This document shows positions 61,853-64,000 of a stretch of DNA of 64,000 nt, piece after piece. Source of the DNA: Actinomycetota bacterium (GTDB lineage: Bacteria; Actinomycetota; JBBINU01). The first letter of the stretch is position 1. Each line of letters begins with the position of its first letter. The translations under genes and the position numbers were made by a program. The notes under the pieces are model-generated. The model was not told the DNA's origin and searched no databases. It saw only the letters and a program-made list of their open reading frames with translations. The DNA lies in contig JBBINU010000011.1 in the NCBI GenBank assembly GCA_037443725.1, forward strand, positions 4,833 to 68,832, read 5' to 3'.

Positions 61853-63175
61853 GTGGTGGAGATGGTAGGCGAAGGTATTGACGTGGCCGAGTCCGCGGCG
61901 AGGCTCATCGCCCGCGCCGAGAAGCTCTTCCCGCCAGCCGCATACCATGCCTTTCCGCTGGTGGCGGCCCGCGCCGAAGGGAGCAGGATCTTCGACCCCG
62001 ATGGCCGGAGCTTTCTCGACTTCACGAGCGGCATAGCTGTTCTCTCCACGGGCCACCGCCATCCCAGGGTCCTTGAGGCCGTCCGGGATCAGCTCGAGAA
62101 AGTGGTGCACACCTGCTCCGTCGTGGCGTATCACGAGGTTCTCGTGGATCTGGCCGAGGAGCTCCTGGCCACAGCCCCCGGAATGGGAATGGTCTTCTTC
62201 GGCAACAGTGGGGCTGAGGGGGTGGAGGCCGCTCTCAAGCTTGCCATGTACGTCACGGGCAGACCCGCCTTTCTCGCCTTCCGCGGGGGCTTCCACGGCA
62301 GGACTGCGGGCGCTCTCGGGGTTACGAGCTCGAAGGCCTCGTTCCGCAAGGGATACGGGGCCTACCTGCCCCACGTGCAGTTCGTGTCCTACCCATATCC
62401 CTTCAGGTCGCCCCATCCCAGGGAACGCGTGGTGGAGGCGGTCCTCGCCGAGATGGAGGAGGTATTTGCCACCTCGCTACCGCCCGAGGAAGTGGCCGCC
62501 GTTGTGGTGGAGCCTGTCCTCGGGGAGGGCGGGTACGTCCCCGCGCCTCCCGGGTTCCTCAGGGAACTTAGGGAGCTCACCAGGCGCCACGGGATCCTCC
62601 TCATAGCTGATGAGGTTCAGACGGGCGTTGGGAGGACGGGGCGGTGGTGGGCGGTGGAGCACGAGGGCGTCGAGCCCGACATCATGGTGGCGGCGAAGGG
62701 GCTCGCCTCGGGCTTCCCCCTGGGGGCATGTATGGGCCGGGCCGATCTCATGGAGGCCTGGCCGCCCGGGGCCCACGGCACCACCTTCGGCGGGAACCCA
62801 ATCTCCGCGGCTGCTGCCCTGGCCACGCTCAGGGTGGTGAAGGAGGAGGGCCTTCTGGAAAACGCGGCCCGTTTGGGCGGACTTCTTCTGCAGGAGCTTG
62901 GACGGGCCACGGGCCGAGACCCCGGCGTGGGGGAGGTGCGCGGGCTCGGGCTTATGGTGGGAGTGGAGCTGGTTAAGCCGGGGGGGAAGGAGCCCGACCC
63001 CGAGAGGACCGAGAGGGTACAGAAGGAGGCGTTCAGGCGGGGGCTTCTCCTCCTCACCTGCGGGCCCTACCGCAATGTGTTGCGTTTCGTCCCGCCCCTC
63101 ACGGTGAGGGAAGCGGAGATAGCAGAGGCGGTCGGGATTTTTGCGGAGGCCCTCGAGGCCTCCCGGGAACTTTAA
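61853..63175 (+). CDS. Class III aminotransferase, 4-aminobutyrate aminotransferase-like
   Basis: DFTSGIAV, NSGAEGVEAA, FHGRT, DEVQTGVGRTG, AAKGLASG (PLP Lys), HGTTFGGNP. Confidence 0.92.
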   Translation: MVEMVGEGIDVAESAARLIARAEKLFPPAAYHAFPLVAARAEGSRIFDPDGRSFLDFTSGIAVLSTGHRHPRVLEAVRDQLEKVVHTCSVVAYHEVLVDLAEELLATAPGMGMVFFGNSGAEGVEAALKLAMYVTGRPAFLAFRGGFHGRTAGALGVTSSKASFRKGYGAYLPHVQFVSYPYPFRSPHPRERVVEAVLAEMEEVFATSLPPEEVAAVVVEPVLGEGGYVPAPPGFLRELRELTRRHGILLIADEVQTGVGRTGRWWAVEHEGVEPDIMVAAKGLASGFPLGACMGRADLMEAWPPGAHGTTFGGNPISAAAALATLRVVKEEGLLENAARLGGLLLQELGRATGRDPGVGEVRGLGLMVGVELVKPGGKEPDPERTERVQKEAFRRGLLLLTCGPYRNVLRFVPPLTVREAEIAEAVGIFAEALEASREL

Positions 63176-63184
63176 GGAGGGGGC

Positions 63185-63628
63185 TTGGCAGAACTCGAGT
63201 TTCACCTGGACCACGTGGCCTTGGCGGTGAGGGATGCGGAGCGTGCCGCCCGGTTCTTCCTCGAGGTCATGGGAGCGAAGCCGGCAGCGGGAGGGGAGAA
63301 TTCTCTCGAGGGTTACCGCTGGCGGCAGTACCGCTTCGCCTCAGGCAAGATTGAGCTGCTGGGGGCGACGGGCGTGGGCTTCCTCTCCAGGTTCCTGGAG
63401 CGGCGCGGGGAGGGTGTACATCATGTGACCTTCCTCACTCCCGACCTGGCTTTGGCCCTGGAGGCCATAAGGGCTAGGGGGATAGAGCCCATCCGGGTGA
63501 ACCTGGATCACCCCTACTGGAAGGAGGCTTTCATCCACCCCCGGGACGCCTTCGGCGTTCTGATACAGGTCGCCCAGGCCTCCTTCCCTGAGCCCGAGGA
63601 CCGGGATCGGGGCTTGGTCGGGGGCTAG
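63185..63628 (+). CDS. VOC family protein, methylmalonyl-CoA epimerase-like
   Basis: LDHVALAV, IELL, RGEGVHHVTF, FIHPRDAFGVLIQ. Confidence 0.85.
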   Translation: MAELEFHLDHVALAVRDAERAARFFLEVMGAKPAAGGENSLEGYRWRQYRFASGKIELLGATGVGFLSRFLERRGEGVHHVTFLTPDLALALEAIRARGIEPIRVNLDHPYWKEAFIHPRDAFGVLIQVAQASFPEPEDRDRGLVGG

Positions 63629-63999
63629 GTCTCCCCTTCCAGCCTGCCGAGGATCCGGCGGGAGATGACGACGCGCTGGATCTGGCCTGTCCCTTCGAAG
63701 ATGTCAAAGCACTTCACGTCGCGGTACCCCTTTTCCACGAGGTGCTCCTTGGAGTATCCCTCCGGCCCCATGATCGTGAGGGCGGTCACGCAGGCCCGCC
63801 ACGCGGCTTGGGCGGCGTAGGCCTTGGCCATGGAGGCCTCCTTAGAGTTGGGGATCCTCTGATCCAGCATCCAGGCAGCCTGCCACGAGAGAAGCCGTGC
63901 CACTTGGAGCTCGCGTCTCGTCTCCGCTAGCCTCTCCAGCACCCCTGCCCAGCGAGGAGAGTGCCTCGGGAACTCCGCATACGCCCAGTCCCTGGCGTA
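63625..63999 (-). CDS. Acyl-CoA dehydrogenase, C-terminal part (5' end outside window)
   Basis: EASMAKAYA, GPEGYSKEHLVEKGYRDVK.FDIFEGTGQIQR; frame open to the window edge. Confidence 0.9.
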   Translation of the reverse strand, partial: YARDWAYAEFPRHSPRWAGVLERLAETRRELQVARLLSWQAAWMLDQRIPNSKEASMAKAYAAQAAWRACVTALTIMGPEGYSKEHLVEKGYRDVKCFDIFEGTGQIQRVVISRRILGRLEGET

Positions 64000-64000
64000 T

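Noticed and set aside
1-64000. Prophage, IS element, integrase, rRNA, tmRNA, RNase P or SRP RNA
   Set aside because: No recognisable proteins, terminal repeats or signature sequences seen.

Overview
64-kb chromosomal window (GC-rich, markedly G-rich + strand) of a probably thermophilic, deep-branching Actinomycetota; the lineage is inferred from gene content and order. It begins in parB, so oriC probably lies just left of the window. It carries the actinobacterial origin-proximal cell-wall locus (cwlM-trxB-murJ-DUF6049-NUDIX) and four parS sites. A Bacillota-like radA-disA-carD-yacL-ispDF-cysS-rlmB-sigH-tRNA-Thr block follows, then a crgA/DUF881/sortase locus interrupted by merA-tlpA. Further right are ion-homeostasis genes, zur-znuABC, mshA-ybjN, acyl-CoA metabolism genes and tungstate tupABC. 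No prophage, IS, CRISPR or rRNA is supported. Best candidates for undescribed systems: (1) one polypeptide fusing an AcuC-type lysine deacetylase to an AcuA-type acetyltransferase (eraser plus writer, no acuB in the window), 53666-55480; (2) a compact c-di-GMP module of twin-motif RsiG anti-sigma, stand-alone receiver, intact HD-GYP phosphodiesterase and metallophosphoesterase, 43339-45812; (3) a topologically coherent DUF6049-MurJ fusion near a Zn-ligand-less CwlM; (4) an ArsR-TOBE regulator heading tupABC; (5) an orphan merA under a MerR-type 20-bp-spacer promoter; (6) an unannotated 34-aa membrane protein behind a sortase. All calls come from motif reading and recalled family knowledge; no database search was run.
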